From the NCBI GenBank assembly GCA_019058365.1, contig JAHPZE010000032.1, positions 1 through 46,131 on the forward strand: a stretch of 46,131 nucleotides of DNA, in the 5' to 3' direction. Origin of the DNA: Promethearchaeota archaeon. GTDB taxonomy: Archaea; Asgardarchaeota; Lokiarchaeia; Sigyniarchaeales; SOKP01. The translations under genes were made by a program, and so were the position numbers. The notes below the pieces were generated by a model. That model worked only from the letters and a program-made list of their open reading frames with translations, had not been told where the DNA came from and did no database searches. Shown here one piece after another: positions 27,962-38,275 of the stretch (positions within the stretch are counted from its first letter, which is position 1; every line of letters begins with the position of its first letter).

Positions 27962-29071
27962 TTAAATCTGCCATTTTCCTTCTTCATATATTATTTTGTT
28001 ATCTGCTATGATTTTTGAACCGGGGATTTTCATATCTTTTAGAATATCCCAATGTATAGCACTTTCATTTTTTGATCCAATATTTTTAAAACCATGTCCT
28101 AATGCAATATGTAAAGTTCCACCAATTTTTTCATCAAATCCAATATTTTTTGTAAATTGTGTAATTCCGTAATTAGTACCAATAGCAAATTCACCTAATT
28201 TGTCAGCATTTTCTATTTTTAATATCTCTTCTAGTAATTCTTGGCCCTTGTCAGCTGTAGCATTAATAACCACTCCATCTTTAAATTCTAAAAAAATATT
28301 TTCGATTTCTCTTCCCATATAGATTCCTGGATAACTGAGCCTAATATGTCCATTTACAGAATCTTCAACTGGACAAGTATAAATCTCTCCATCCGGTAAA
28401 TTTTCTTTCCCACAACAATTATCCCATATTCTCCCATCTAATGAAAAGGTTAATTCTGTGTCTTTACCAATAACCTGGATTCTTTTAACATTATTTAAAT
28501 TTTCTATAATCTGGTCTTGTTTTTTTTCCATGTTCTGCCATTCTTCAATTGGGTTCTCTTTATCTAAAAATAGCGCATTTTCTACAAAATTTGAGTAAGA
28601 AAATAAATCCATATTTGCTTCTTGAGCAAAAGCATGACATGGAAAAGGAACACAGATCCATCTTAATTCTTTTTTAGATGTACGTTCCTCAAAAACTCGG
28701 ATATACTCTGTTCGATCAGGAGAGCCTTGGTATGTTGCCAATACTTTTGGATTAATTAATGCTAGATTTCTAGTATTAAATTCACCATCAATAGTTATTA
28801 TACAATCAAATTCTGTATTAGTTAATTTTAGCAGATTGTGAAAATATAATAATTGTTCTTCAGATGCATTTTTAAATAATAATTCATTAAGACCTTCAAT
28901 TCGCGGTATTGCTAAGGGATGGCCACCCATTTTTAGAACCTCTAAAAAAATAGCTTGAAATAATTCTTTTGCTATAGTTGGACCTTCAATAAGCACGCGA
29001 TCTCCTTTCTTAACATTAAGAGAATAATTAACCACTAAATTAGCAAGCTTTTCATAAAATGTATTAATCAT
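27962..29071 (-). CDS. Aminopeptidase, M29 (AmpS/PepS) family
   Basis: NLPDGEIYT, LGEFAIG, FDEKIGGTLHIALG, SAIHWD. Confidence 0.93.
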   Translation of the reverse strand: MINTFYEKLANLVVNYSLNVKKGDRVLIEGPTIAKELFQAIFLEVLKMGGHPLAIPRIEGLNELLFKNASEEQLLYFHNLLKLTNTEFDCIITIDGEFNTRNLALINPKVLATYQGSPDRTEYIRVFEERTSKKELRWICVPFPCHAFAQEANMDLFSYSNFVENALFLDKENPIEEWQNMEKKQDQIIENLNNVKRIQVIGKDTELTFSLDGRIWDNCCGKENLPDGEIYTCPVEDSVNGHIRLSYPGIYMGREIENIFLEFKDGVVINATADKGQELLEEILKIENADKLGEFAIGTNYGITQFTKNIGFDEKIGGTLHIALGHGFKNIGSKNESAIHWDILKDMKIPGSKIIADNKIIYEEGKWQI

Positions 29072-29156
29072 AATTATTTAGAGCTATAATTACATTTAAC
29101 TGTAGATATTTTTGTATTATAGAAAAAAATAATCTATGTTTGTTATTTATGATTTA

Positions 29157-29450
29157 TTATTGCTTCTTTAAAATATAATCAAGGATACAAGTCCGACCAG
29201 TATTATAATATTTTCCACTTAGAATGAGTCTTTTTTCTTTATAAATTATCCCAAACTTTTTGAAGTATTCATCAGGTTGGTCGTCATAATAACTATGAAT
29301 ACTTATGATTTCTCCTCTGGGTGTGATTCTCTTTTTTCATCGAAATTAACATCATCTTTTGAAAGGAAATTCAAATAAGATAATCCTCCTATCATTAAAA
29401 CACGATGCATTTCATTAATAGCAATTGTCGTGTCTTTTTTACTTAAATAA
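29157..29450 (-). pseudogene. Truncated, frameshifted class I SAM methyltransferase (C-terminal half)
   Basis: KKDTTIAINEMHRVLMIGGLSYLNFLS (post-motif II like), then a frame change near 29310 to IHSYYDDQPDEYFKKF...ILDYILKKQ*. No motif I and no credible start. Confidence 0.65.
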
Positions 29451-29622
29451 GCTTTTATACGTGGCTTGATTTGAAAGTTAAAAATGAACAAGAAATAATG
29501 CAAAAACTAAAAGAAATGGGTTTATAACTACTAGAAAAAGATTATGATCAAATATTTTAATTAAACAATATAGCTTAGTATTAGTTAAATCATAAAATAA
29601 AAGCCAATATCATACAATTATA

Positions 29623-30666
29623 ATGAACTCAAGGGAATTAACGCTTTCAGCAATTAAAGGAATACCTGAGAAAATTCCTTTTAATCCTTTTATCATGCAT
29701 ATGGCAGCATCCTTACCGGATGTAGATTATAATCATGAGTATTGTCAAAAACCAGATGTTTTAGTGGATTTACAAATTAAATGTGCTGATTTTTTTGGCA
29801 TTGATCATGTAAATGTGTCTACAGATGCCTACAGAGAAGCAAATGCGTGGGGGGTGGAAATAAATTGGGAGAGCCATACCCCCGTTGCGAAAACATATCT
29901 TTCAATTGAGGATTTTGAATCAATAGAAACACCTTCCATACTCGAAAATATGAGAATTATGAATAGAGTTAATGCTGTTAAAAAATTTTCAGATAAAATT
30001 GGTGGAAAGCAATGTATTATAGGTTGGATTGAAGCTCCATTCGCCGAGATTTGTTGTTTATTCGGATTAGTAAATGTTCTTTTGCAATGTAAAAATCTTG
30101 ATTGGATTAATATCATAAAGAAGTTAATAATTAGAATACTTCCAATTCAAAAAGAATTTGCTAAATTACAGATTGAAGCAGGTGCAGATATAATCGGCGC
30201 AGGCGATTCAGCTATTTCACAAATTGGACCCATGAGATATGAAAAGTGTTGTATAGGTGCCACTAAAGAGCTTTTTGATTTTATTCAAAAGGATGTGCCA
30301 GTATTATATCACATATGTGGTGATAATTCCGTAGTCGATAAAGAAGGAAGAGATATGTTAAAATTGGTTTCAAGTACAAAAGCTGCCATTCTTGATTTGG
30401 ATTATCAAGTAGATCTGAAATTAGCTAAAGAAAAAATTGGAAAAAATAACTGTATAAGAGGAAATACAAATACTCAAATATTTGGAAGTCCAAAATATTC
30501 TGTTTCAAGAGTAATTGAAGAAATAACAAAAACGATTGAGGCTGGGAAGCCCGGAGGAAATTACCAGTGGGCAGGGGGATGTGAAATCCCTTGGAGTCCA
30601 TTAAACCTAGCAATCCGTAATTTAAGTATAGCTAAATCAATAACAGAAAAGATGGGATATTATTAA
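29623..30666 (+). CDS. MtaA/CmuA-type methylcobamide methyltransferase (UroD fold)
   Basis: EAPF, QIEAGADII, YHICG and GGCEIP (HxC...C zinc ligands), CIRGN. Confidence 0.88.
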   Translation: MNSRELTLSAIKGIPEKIPFNPFIMHMAASLPDVDYNHEYCQKPDVLVDLQIKCADFFGIDHVNVSTDAYREANAWGVEINWESHTPVAKTYLSIEDFESIETPSILENMRIMNRVNAVKKFSDKIGGKQCIIGWIEAPFAEICCLFGLVNVLLQCKNLDWINIIKKLIIRILPIQKEFAKLQIEAGADIIGAGDSAISQIGPMRYEKCCIGATKELFDFIQKDVPVLYHICGDNSVVDKEGRDMLKLVSSTKAAILDLDYQVDLKLAKEKIGKNNCIRGNTNTQIFGSPKYSVSRVIEEITKTIEAGKPGGNYQWAGGCEIPWSPLNLAIRNLSIAKSITEKMGYY

Positions 30667-30685
30667 TAAATAGTTTTTTGATATT

Positions 30686-31444
30686 CTATTTAGAAATCCT
30701 GGGATCTGAATAAGGTTTTTTAGAATAAATGATATCTGTATGTTTCCTTCGCAATTCTTCCATTAAAGTTTCTTCGGTAAATTCTTTAATTTTCATTAGA
30801 GTCCATCCATGTACACCTCCACTTGCTAGAGTATCTGGGGAATGCATATCTGTTCCTGTAATCATACTCATTTTTCCTTTATGTTTCATGCAAAAATCAT
30901 ATGATTCTTTATCAAATACATTTTCAGGTTTGCAATCATCATTAACAATTTCAATATAATCAACCCCCCAATCCAATAAAGTTTCGCGAGAGGGATGAGT
31001 TTTCATATTAAATTCATAAAGGCTCCATGGAATATGATTACAGATAACAACACCACCTTGATGATGAGCGTTTTCAATCGCTTCAATAATACTATCATCC
31101 TTCGTTTTAGAGATGGTAGTGTCCCAATTTGACACACCTAGGAAATTTAAATGAATTCTACGAGTAGTCCATTCAATTCCACTTAAAATTATAATATCTT
31201 TCTTTTCGTATTCTTCCCTAACTTTACCAATCTTTTCTAAATGACGCATGTTATTATGATCAGTTATTGCTAACGTATTATAGCCCATAGCTATATGCCA
31301 CTCAACATTTTGTTTAATTGTAAGTGCTCCATCACTAAATATTGTATGTGAATGTTGATCAAATACAACATTATACTGTTTTTTATCGTATCCAGGAGGA
31401 ATATGAGGTATGATATCTTTCCAATCATTATCAGAATAAGCCAT
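30686..31444 (-). CDS. PHP-domain metallophosphoesterase
   Basis: DQHSHT..SDG, ITDHN, GIEW, CNH, GTDMH. Confidence 0.9.
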   Translation of the reverse strand: MAYSDNDWKDIIPHIPPGYDKKQYNVVFDQHSHTIFSDGALTIKQNVEWHIAMGYNTLAITDHNNMRHLEKIGKVREEYEKKDIIILSGIEWTTRRIHLNFLGVSNWDTTISKTKDDSIIEAIENAHHQGGVVICNHIPWSLYEFNMKTHPSRETLLDWGVDYIEIVNDDCKPENVFDKESYDFCMKHKGKMSMITGTDMHSPDTLASGGVHGWTLMKIKEFTEETLMEELRRKHTDIIYSKKPYSDPRISK

Positions 31445-31572
31445 ACGGAATAAAAAGAATATTTAAATTCAAAATTTTTAATTTTTGTTAACTTAATAAA
31501 AATTGAAATAATAAATGGATATTAAAATTTCACTTTTTAATGTTATAATAGCTATTTTTCTGTACTAAGGAT

Positions 31573-32379
31573 TTAATTTCTTACTAGACTCTTTGTTCCA
31601 TATACAATACATATAATCACTACAGGAATGATATTGATTACAAAAAAGATCCATCTTCCTAAGTCTGTTACCCAGTATGGAAAGATCATCGAAGAGAAAT
31701 TTGCCATCGCGTGAAAAATTATTGCTAAAAATATATTAACATTGCCATTTTTATCTCTATTATTATTTACAATCCAAGTATAGAAAATAGATATTATCAC
31801 CTGTATAATTAAAAATTCATAAATCGGAATATTTGATTGTACTGTACCTTCAATAAAAAATAGTGGTAAGTGCCATAATCCCCAAATAAATCCTAGAATT
31901 AAGCTTGAAAACAGAGCATTAAATTTAGATTGTAAGCGATCTAGAGCATAGCCTCTCCACCCATATTCTTCCGTGAAAGGCCCTCCAATAAAATAATATA
32001 GGAAAAAATTTGGAATCCACATAATTAAAGGAGGCGCATATTGAAATCTATCCATTGGTTCGATAATATTTACAATTAAGATTGTTAATCCTCCAAATAA
32101 AATCGGTAAGAATAATGTTATTATCCATTTCTTGTTAAATTTAATGTTCCAACCACTCAGAAAAAGTCTTTTTGCTTCACCTTCCATTCCTTTTGTGTAT
32201 GTTAAAACAAGTGCGGCTATAAAAGGTCCGAAAATCGCAAAATTACCAAATATTTGAATTGGACCGGAAGGAATGACACCCAACGATACGAAAACGCTTG
32301 GAAGCCAAAATAACCATGAGATTATATAGGTTAAAATAAAAAATAATAATAGATTTTTTATTTCTTCTTTAAATTCCAT
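31573..32379 (-). CDS. CPBP (Abi/Rce1-like) intramembrane glutamic protease
   Basis: EEYGWRG, WGLWHLP, FHAMAN; multiple TM helices. Confidence 0.93.
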   Translation of the reverse strand: MEFKEEIKNLLLFFILTYIISWLFWLPSVFVSLGVIPSGPIQIFGNFAIFGPFIAALVLTYTKGMEGEAKRLFLSGWNIKFNKKWIITLFLPILFGGLTILIVNIIEPMDRFQYAPPLIMWIPNFFLYYFIGGPFTEEYGWRGYALDRLQSKFNALFSSLILGFIWGLWHLPLFFIEGTVQSNIPIYEFLIIQVIISIFYTWIVNNNRDKNGNVNIFLAIIFHAMANFSSMIFPYWVTDLGRWIFFVINIIPVVIICIVYGTKSLVRN

Positions 32380-32533
32380 AGTAAAAACCTAGTTTTCTAT
32401 ACACTTAATTGAAACTATTAAAAATTAGTTATGGAGCATATTTTAAAATAATTTTTATAAAAAATAGTATAAACTTTTTTTGTATATTTGTTGTAATTAA
32501 AATATTAAAAATTGTTTTAAATAGTGAGCAAAT

Positions 32534-33913
32534 TTGAGTTTTAGAATTGAAAAAGATGTTTTAGGAGAGATAGAAGTTCCTAGTAATGTTTATTGGGGAA
32601 TAAATACCCAACGAGCAATTAAGAACTTTCAAATAAGTGGAAAGATATTCCCTCATATATTTATTAAATCATTGGCTCAGTTAAAGAAAGCTTGTTTATT
32701 CGCAAATTTAGATTTAGAGATGATTGAAAAGCAGATTGCTAATGCTATTCTTCAAGCTGTTAATGAAATTCTTGAAGAAGATAAACATCTTGATCAGTTT
32801 CCTATAGATATTTTTCAAACTGGTTCTGGAACTCAAACAAATATGAATATGAATGAAGTTTTAGCAAATCGAGCAAATGAAATTTTAGGATACCCAATGG
32901 GTAAAAAACATCCAGTACACCCAAATGATCATGTAAATAAAAGTCAATCTTCTAATGATGTGATCCCAAGTACAATGCATATCTCTACTTTACATATGAT
33001 CCTAAAATTATTTCCTATTTTAGAAAGATTAAAAGAACATTTAGATAAAAAAATTAAAGAGTTTAAAGATATTGTTAAAGTAGGAAGAACACATTTACAG
33101 GATGCTGTTCCGATACCATTATCTTTAGAGTTTGAAGTCTATAAGAAACAAATCGAAATCCAAATAGAGAGATTAGGAAATACTTGTAATGAATTATATT
33201 ATATTCCAATTGGGGGAACAGCAGTAGGGACTGGAATAAATGCACATAAAAATTTTGCCAAGCTTACAGTTTCTCACCTCTCGAAAATCACAAATTTACC
33301 TTTTAAAGTTAATCCCGTGAAAGCGGAAGGAATTGCTTCACATAATACAATAGTTAAGGCTAGTAGTAATTTACGTTTGTTAGCTTTATCATTATTAAAG
33401 ATGGCAAATGACATCCGCTGGATGGGGAGTGGACCACGAGTGGGATTATCTGAATTAAAATTGCCTCAAAATGAACCTGGATCATCAATAATGCCGGGGA
33501 AAATAAACCCCAGTCAATCCGAAGCATTAATTCAGGTTTGTCTTCAGGTTATTGGAAATGATTCCGTAGTTTCATTTGGAGAAGCATATGGTAGTATATT
33601 AGATTTGAACATATGTAAACCTGTTATGATTATAAACTTACTTGAATCAATTGAAATAATAATTGGAGGGATTAATTCATTTATCGACAATTGTTTATCT
33701 GGATTAGAAGCTAATACTGCCCAAATCAATGAAAATTTAGAGCAAATGCTTATGGTTGTTACAAATTTAATACCCATTATTGGATATGATAAATGTTCCG
33801 AGATAGCACAGCGAGCTTATAAAGAAGGAAAAAGTTGCAAAACAATTATTAAAGAGATGGGGTTAAAAATTGATAACCTCGATGAGTTATTAGATCCCAG
33901 AAAAATGGTTTAA
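32534..33913 (+). CDS. fumC: Fumarate hydratase class II
   Basis: QTGSGTQTNMN, HPNDHVN.SQSSND, GRTHLQDA, GSSIMPGKINP. Confidence 0.93.
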   Translation: MSFRIEKDVLGEIEVPSNVYWGINTQRAIKNFQISGKIFPHIFIKSLAQLKKACLFANLDLEMIEKQIANAILQAVNEILEEDKHLDQFPIDIFQTGSGTQTNMNMNEVLANRANEILGYPMGKKHPVHPNDHVNKSQSSNDVIPSTMHISTLHMILKLFPILERLKEHLDKKIKEFKDIVKVGRTHLQDAVPIPLSLEFEVYKKQIEIQIERLGNTCNELYYIPIGGTAVGTGINAHKNFAKLTVSHLSKITNLPFKVNPVKAEGIASHNTIVKASSNLRLLALSLLKMANDIRWMGSGPRVGLSELKLPQNEPGSSIMPGKINPSQSEALIQVCLQVIGNDSVVSFGEAYGSILDLNICKPVMIINLLESIEIIIGGINSFIDNCLSGLEANTAQINENLEQMLMVVTNLIPIIGYDKCSEIAQRAYKEGKSCKTIIKEMGLKIDNLDELLDPRKMV

Positions 33914-33929
33914 TTATTAAGGTGAAATT

Positions 33930-34985
33930 ATGAATCCAGATATTAAAACGTTAGAAGATATTCGTGATATAGCAAGAGAAAAATTAAAAGGAATATGTGG
34001 TGTCTATAAAGACTGTGATGGGGACCCGCGAAGAGTTTGCCAGGGACAAAGTTATGGTAAAACTCTTGGTATTGGAGGTATTGGAAGTGGAGCTAGTTTT
34101 AATAATAATTTCTTAGCTTTAAGAAAATATCATTTGAAAATGAAATTAATCAATGAAGATTTTATACCTGATACTAAATACATTTTTTTTGGTAAAGAAT
34201 TGGCTATGCCAATTATGGCTGCGAGTGTCGCAGGTGTTATTAGTTTTGGAGGAGAAAAGGTTATAACAGAAGAAAACTTTTGTCGTTCTGTAGTTCTTGG
34301 TTGTAGAGATGCTGGAACATTAGGATGGAGAGGAGATACTTATACTTATTCACTTGAAAATTCTTATGGACTTAATGCTATTGCTGAAGCGGGAGGTTGG
34401 GGAGTTAAAATTGTGAAACCAAGAGATCAGGGAACAATAATGAAATTTTTTAATAAAGCTGAAGAGGTTAGATGTGCCGCTGTGGGTGTAGATGTAGATG
34501 GATGTGGTTCATATGCGATGGCTGCCCACAATGAACCAGTTTATAAAAAATCAATTGAAGAAATTAAAGAATTAGTTTCTTCCACAAATCTTCCAGTAAT
34601 TATTAAAGGGATAATGTGTGTTGAAGATGCTTTAGCAGCTAAAGAAGCAGGTGCAGCAGCTATTGTGGTATCAAATCATGGAGGACGAGTTTTAGATCAT
34701 ACTCCTGGAACTGCTGAAGTTTTACCTAGTATTGTTAAAGAGCTTAAAGGAAAGATTAAAATTATCGTTGATGGGGGTATTCGTACGGGATATGATGTGT
34801 TAAAAATGCTAGCACTGGGAGCTGAGTCTGTTCTAATTGGTCGAGACATTGTTCGTGCTTCCATTGGAGCAGGAATTAAAGGTGTTAAGATTCATATGGA
34901 ATATATGCAAAAAATTTTAGCTAAAGCGATGAAAATGACAAATTGTAAGTCTTTACAAGAAATAACTTCAGAAGTCTTAGTTTAA
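33930..34985 (+). CDS. FMN-dependent alpha-hydroxy-acid dehydrogenase
   Basis: IIKGI, SNHGGR, DGGIRTG.DV.K.LALGA, IGR; N-terminal Cys cluster; AGGTGA RBS; 16 nt after fumC. Confidence 0.92.
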   Translation: MNPDIKTLEDIRDIAREKLKGICGVYKDCDGDPRRVCQGQSYGKTLGIGGIGSGASFNNNFLALRKYHLKMKLINEDFIPDTKYIFFGKELAMPIMAASVAGVISFGGEKVITEENFCRSVVLGCRDAGTLGWRGDTYTYSLENSYGLNAIAEAGGWGVKIVKPRDQGTIMKFFNKAEEVRCAAVGVDVDGCGSYAMAAHNEPVYKKSIEEIKELVSSTNLPVIIKGIMCVEDALAAKEAGAAAIVVSNHGGRVLDHTPGTAEVLPSIVKELKGKIKIIVDGGIRTGYDVLKMLALGAESVLIGRDIVRASIGAGIKGVKIHMEYMQKILAKAMKMTNCKSLQEITSEVLV

Positions 34986-35184
34986 GCAATTATTTTTTTT
35001 GTAAAAAATCAATTGATACTCCAAAATCCGAGTTAAGTAAGTAAGATGCCTTTTGCAATGGATTCATCAACTTCCTCTGAAAATTCTAAATATTTTTATT
35101 ATAGCAGAAAAATTTATGTTTTTATTTAGTTTTCATATTTCATATATTTAATAGGATTAATAAAAAAGATGAGGAACATCAATA

Positions 35185-36060
35185 ATGCCAAAAGCTTATG
35201 TAAATAATATAGAGATTGAATATGAAACAATCGGGGATTCGAATTCAAAACCGATTTTACTGATAGCAGGTTTGGGAAGCCAGTTACTTGCTTGGTCGGA
35301 TGAAATTTGCGAGAGTCTTGCAGATAATGGCTTTTTTGTCATAAAATTCGATAACCGAGATGTAGGGTTATCAACAAAATTTGAAGATGCGGGTATACCA
35401 GACATGATGGAGATTAACGCTGCCTATACTCGTGGAGAAATCCCTGAAGTACCATATACATTAGAGGATATGGCTGATGACGCTATTGGTGTATTGGATG
35501 CTCTAAACATCGATAAAGCCCACATCTGTGGAGCCTCCATGGGGGGAATGATAGCACAGATTATTTCCTATAGACATCCTTCTCGAGTACTATCACTCGC
35601 AGTAATTATGAGTACAACTGGGAATCCCGAACTACCTCCTTCAAAACCTGAAATCTTAATGCAATTCTTTGCACCCGTTCCTTCCGAGCGCGAAGCATAT
35701 ATTGAAGAAATGGTCAAACGCGATAGTCTGATTAATGGCACTTTTTTTTATGATGAGGCTCAATCAAGACAGTATAGAACAATGGAATATGATCGCAGTT
35801 ATTATCCTCAAGGAATTGCTCGTCAGTTAGCAGCGATGGCAGTTCCAGGTAATATTAAACCTAGAATCACTTCAATAGTAGTACCTACGATTGTTATTCA
35901 TGGGAGTGAAGATCCTTTTAACCTTATTGAAGCGGGTAAAGATATTGCAACAACCATCCCTGAGGCAGAATTATTAATTTTAGATGGAATGGGGCATAGT
36001 TTTCCTAGTGAAATAATTCCACAAATTATAAACGTAATTGTAGCGAATAGCAATAAATAG
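35185..36060 (+). CDS. Alpha/beta hydrolase
   Basis: FDNRDVGLS, GASMGG, HGSED, GMGH. Confidence 0.93.
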   Translation: MPKAYVNNIEIEYETIGDSNSKPILLIAGLGSQLLAWSDEICESLADNGFFVIKFDNRDVGLSTKFEDAGIPDMMEINAAYTRGEIPEVPYTLEDMADDAIGVLDALNIDKAHICGASMGGMIAQIISYRHPSRVLSLAVIMSTTGNPELPPSKPEILMQFFAPVPSEREAYIEEMVKRDSLINGTFFYDEAQSRQYRTMEYDRSYYPQGIARQLAAMAVPGNIKPRITSIVVPTIVIHGSEDPFNLIEAGKDIATTIPEAELLILDGMGHSFPSEIIPQIINVIVANSNK

Positions 36061-36147
36061 AATTTTTAAAATCACAAGTTTTATATTTTAATAGCGTGTA
36101 ATATCAAATTAATTAGTAATTACGTTCTTTTACAAAGTTGCTTATAT

Positions 36148-38136
36148 ATGAAGGATATCTCTAAATTTATTGACGAAGTATTAAGTGAAGTTAGTGGAAA
36201 ATTTGCTTTTGATTGGGTATCGAAGATCTCACAATATAACCGAGTGGTTGGGTCTCAAGATTATCATGAAGTTGTAGAAAAAGTAATGAAAGAATTGATA
36301 TCATTTGGGTTGGATGAGGTTAAGCTCTATAAATATCCTGCAGATGGAAAAACTAAAACATGGGAATGGATTGTAACTCAAAGTTGGGAGATCACATCAG
36401 GGGAATTAAGCTTGATAGAACCAAAAAAAGAAATTTTATGTCGATTTCAAGATATTCCAATGTGTATTGTAGGAAGGTCAAAAGGTTGTGATATAACCGC
36501 AGAATTACTAGATGTTGGAAAGGGTGCTGTAGAAGAGGATTTCGAAGAATTAGATGTAAAAGGTAAAATTGTTTTAATGGAAGCTCCAAGACTTATAATT
36601 CCTGCGCTATATGCAGAAAAAGGAGCATTGGGTGTAATAGTATATCCTGGACCGGAAAGAGCTGCAGGTTATAAGGGAATGACAATCTATAATAGATTTC
36701 CTGCTTTAGCTGAAGATTTAAAAACAACAACTTTCGGATTTAGTATTCCTTTTGAGCAAGCTTTATACTTAAAAGAATTGTTAAATAAAAGCCCTGTTAA
36801 AGTATATGCTAAGATTGATGCTAAAGTCTATGATGGAGAATTAGAGGTGATTTCAGCTATTATTAGAGGAACAGAAAAACCTGATGAAGAAATAATCCTG
36901 ACAGCGCATATATGTCACCCTGCAGCTGGAGTAAATGATAATGCAAGTGGATCCGCAGGATTATTAGAATTGGCACGTTCACTTACCGCATTGATAAAGA
37001 AAAATATATTGGAAACCCCGAAACGAACAATTAGATTTCTTTGGGTTCCTGAGTTTCATGGAACTTTCCCTTGGGTTAAAGAACACGAACAAGTTGTTAA
37101 GAATGCACTTTTTAACATTAATTTAGATATGATTGGGGAACATCCATTGAAAGTTGCGAATCCCTGTAGTATTTGTCTTGGACCTTATTCACGACCTTCA
37201 ATCTTAAATGACATAATTCAATATTTTACGAGAATAATAGCAGATCACCCTAAGGGTGTAGCAATAAATGGTACTAATATGGCGATGCGATATCGCATAA
37301 TCCCTTATTCTGGTGGAAGTGATCATTGTGTATTTGTAGGCCAGCCTATTGGTATTCCAGGAATGATGATTGGACATGATGATCCATTTTGGCATAGTTC
37401 TCTTGACACTATAGAGAAGTGTGATTCTACTGAATTACAACGAGTAATTGCTATTGCTCTTTGTACAAGTTATATTTGTTCAATAGTGGACAGTGAATCA
37501 TTAATTAATATTTGGCCATTTATAGAAGAAGGGTTCTACGAGCGATTTGGTAAGACCAAAAAAACATTGTTTTTTCTATTTAATACACTTAATCAAGAAG
37601 CCTTCAATTCTAAAATCACGAAAGAGGAAAAAGTATTAACAGGAAAAGCTTTAATAGATGCTTTTTTCAACTATGAAAGGAAAATTTTAGATTCAATTAA
37701 GAAATTTGAAATAATAACTACAATTAATGAAGAGCTAGTATTAGAAAAGTATAAGGAATTAGATCAGTTGAAGAAAAATTTACAGTCTCAGTGGAATAAC
37801 TTATCCAAACATTCATCTATTGATATCAACCTTGTTGAAGAACCTAAATATTTTAAACAAAAGTGGAAATTGAGTTTTTTAGGGAGAAGAAATTTAAAAT
37901 ATTATTTACCAATTCTAATGTCAAGTGCTTATGAGGAGATTAAAGTTCCTATACCTCCAGATGTATGGGGAGGTGATGCCCAAGAGATTTTAAATTTTAT
38001 TGGTTTGTCGTTAAATCTTAAAGAGATTAGTGCAATGTTAACATTAGAGTTCCAGCATATTTTTTATCCAAGTAAAGTCCAAGCTTTTGTGAAATTATTA
38101 GAAGAAAATAATGAGATACAAAAAGTTTTAGAATAA
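36148..38136 (+). CDS. M28 family aminopeptidase with PA domain (DUF4910-like)
   Basis: DVKGKIVL (PA), AHICHP, NDNASG, VPEFHG, NLDMIG, SDH, WHSSLD. Confidence 0.88.
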   Translation: MKDISKFIDEVLSEVSGKFAFDWVSKISQYNRVVGSQDYHEVVEKVMKELISFGLDEVKLYKYPADGKTKTWEWIVTQSWEITSGELSLIEPKKEILCRFQDIPMCIVGRSKGCDITAELLDVGKGAVEEDFEELDVKGKIVLMEAPRLIIPALYAEKGALGVIVYPGPERAAGYKGMTIYNRFPALAEDLKTTTFGFSIPFEQALYLKELLNKSPVKVYAKIDAKVYDGELEVISAIIRGTEKPDEEIILTAHICHPAAGVNDNASGSAGLLELARSLTALIKKNILETPKRTIRFLWVPEFHGTFPWVKEHEQVVKNALFNINLDMIGEHPLKVANPCSICLGPYSRPSILNDIIQYFTRIIADHPKGVAINGTNMAMRYRIIPYSGGSDHCVFVGQPIGIPGMMIGHDDPFWHSSLDTIEKCDSTELQRVIAIALCTSYICSIVDSESLINIWPFIEEGFYERFGKTKKTLFFLFNTLNQEAFNSKITKEEKVLTGKALIDAFFNYERKILDSIKKFEIITTINEELVLEKYKELDQLKKNLQSQWNNLSKHSSIDINLVEEPKYFKQKWKLSFLGRRNLKYYLPILMSSAYEEIKVPIPPDVWGGDAQEILNFIGLSLNLKEISAMLTLEFQHIFYPSKVQAFVKLLEENNEIQKVLE

Positions 38137-38275
38137 TATGCCGAATAAGCATTATCTTTTCTATTACTAATGTTTTAAAAGTTTTAGAATCAATTATTAA
38201 CCTAATTTACTTTAAAGTAAACTTAAGTTTTCTCAAAATAAGGCATAAAAAAAAGCATCGAAATTCAAAATCTAA

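Noticed and set aside
29303-29503. 66-aa ORF as an intact gene
   Set aside because: Chimera of an unrelated antisense stretch and a methyltransferase fragment; treated as a pseudogene.
29506-29521. 16-nt match ACTAAAAGAAATGGGT with 42367-42382
   Set aside because: A-rich, encodes the common peptide LKEMG, and the flanks do not align; likely chance.
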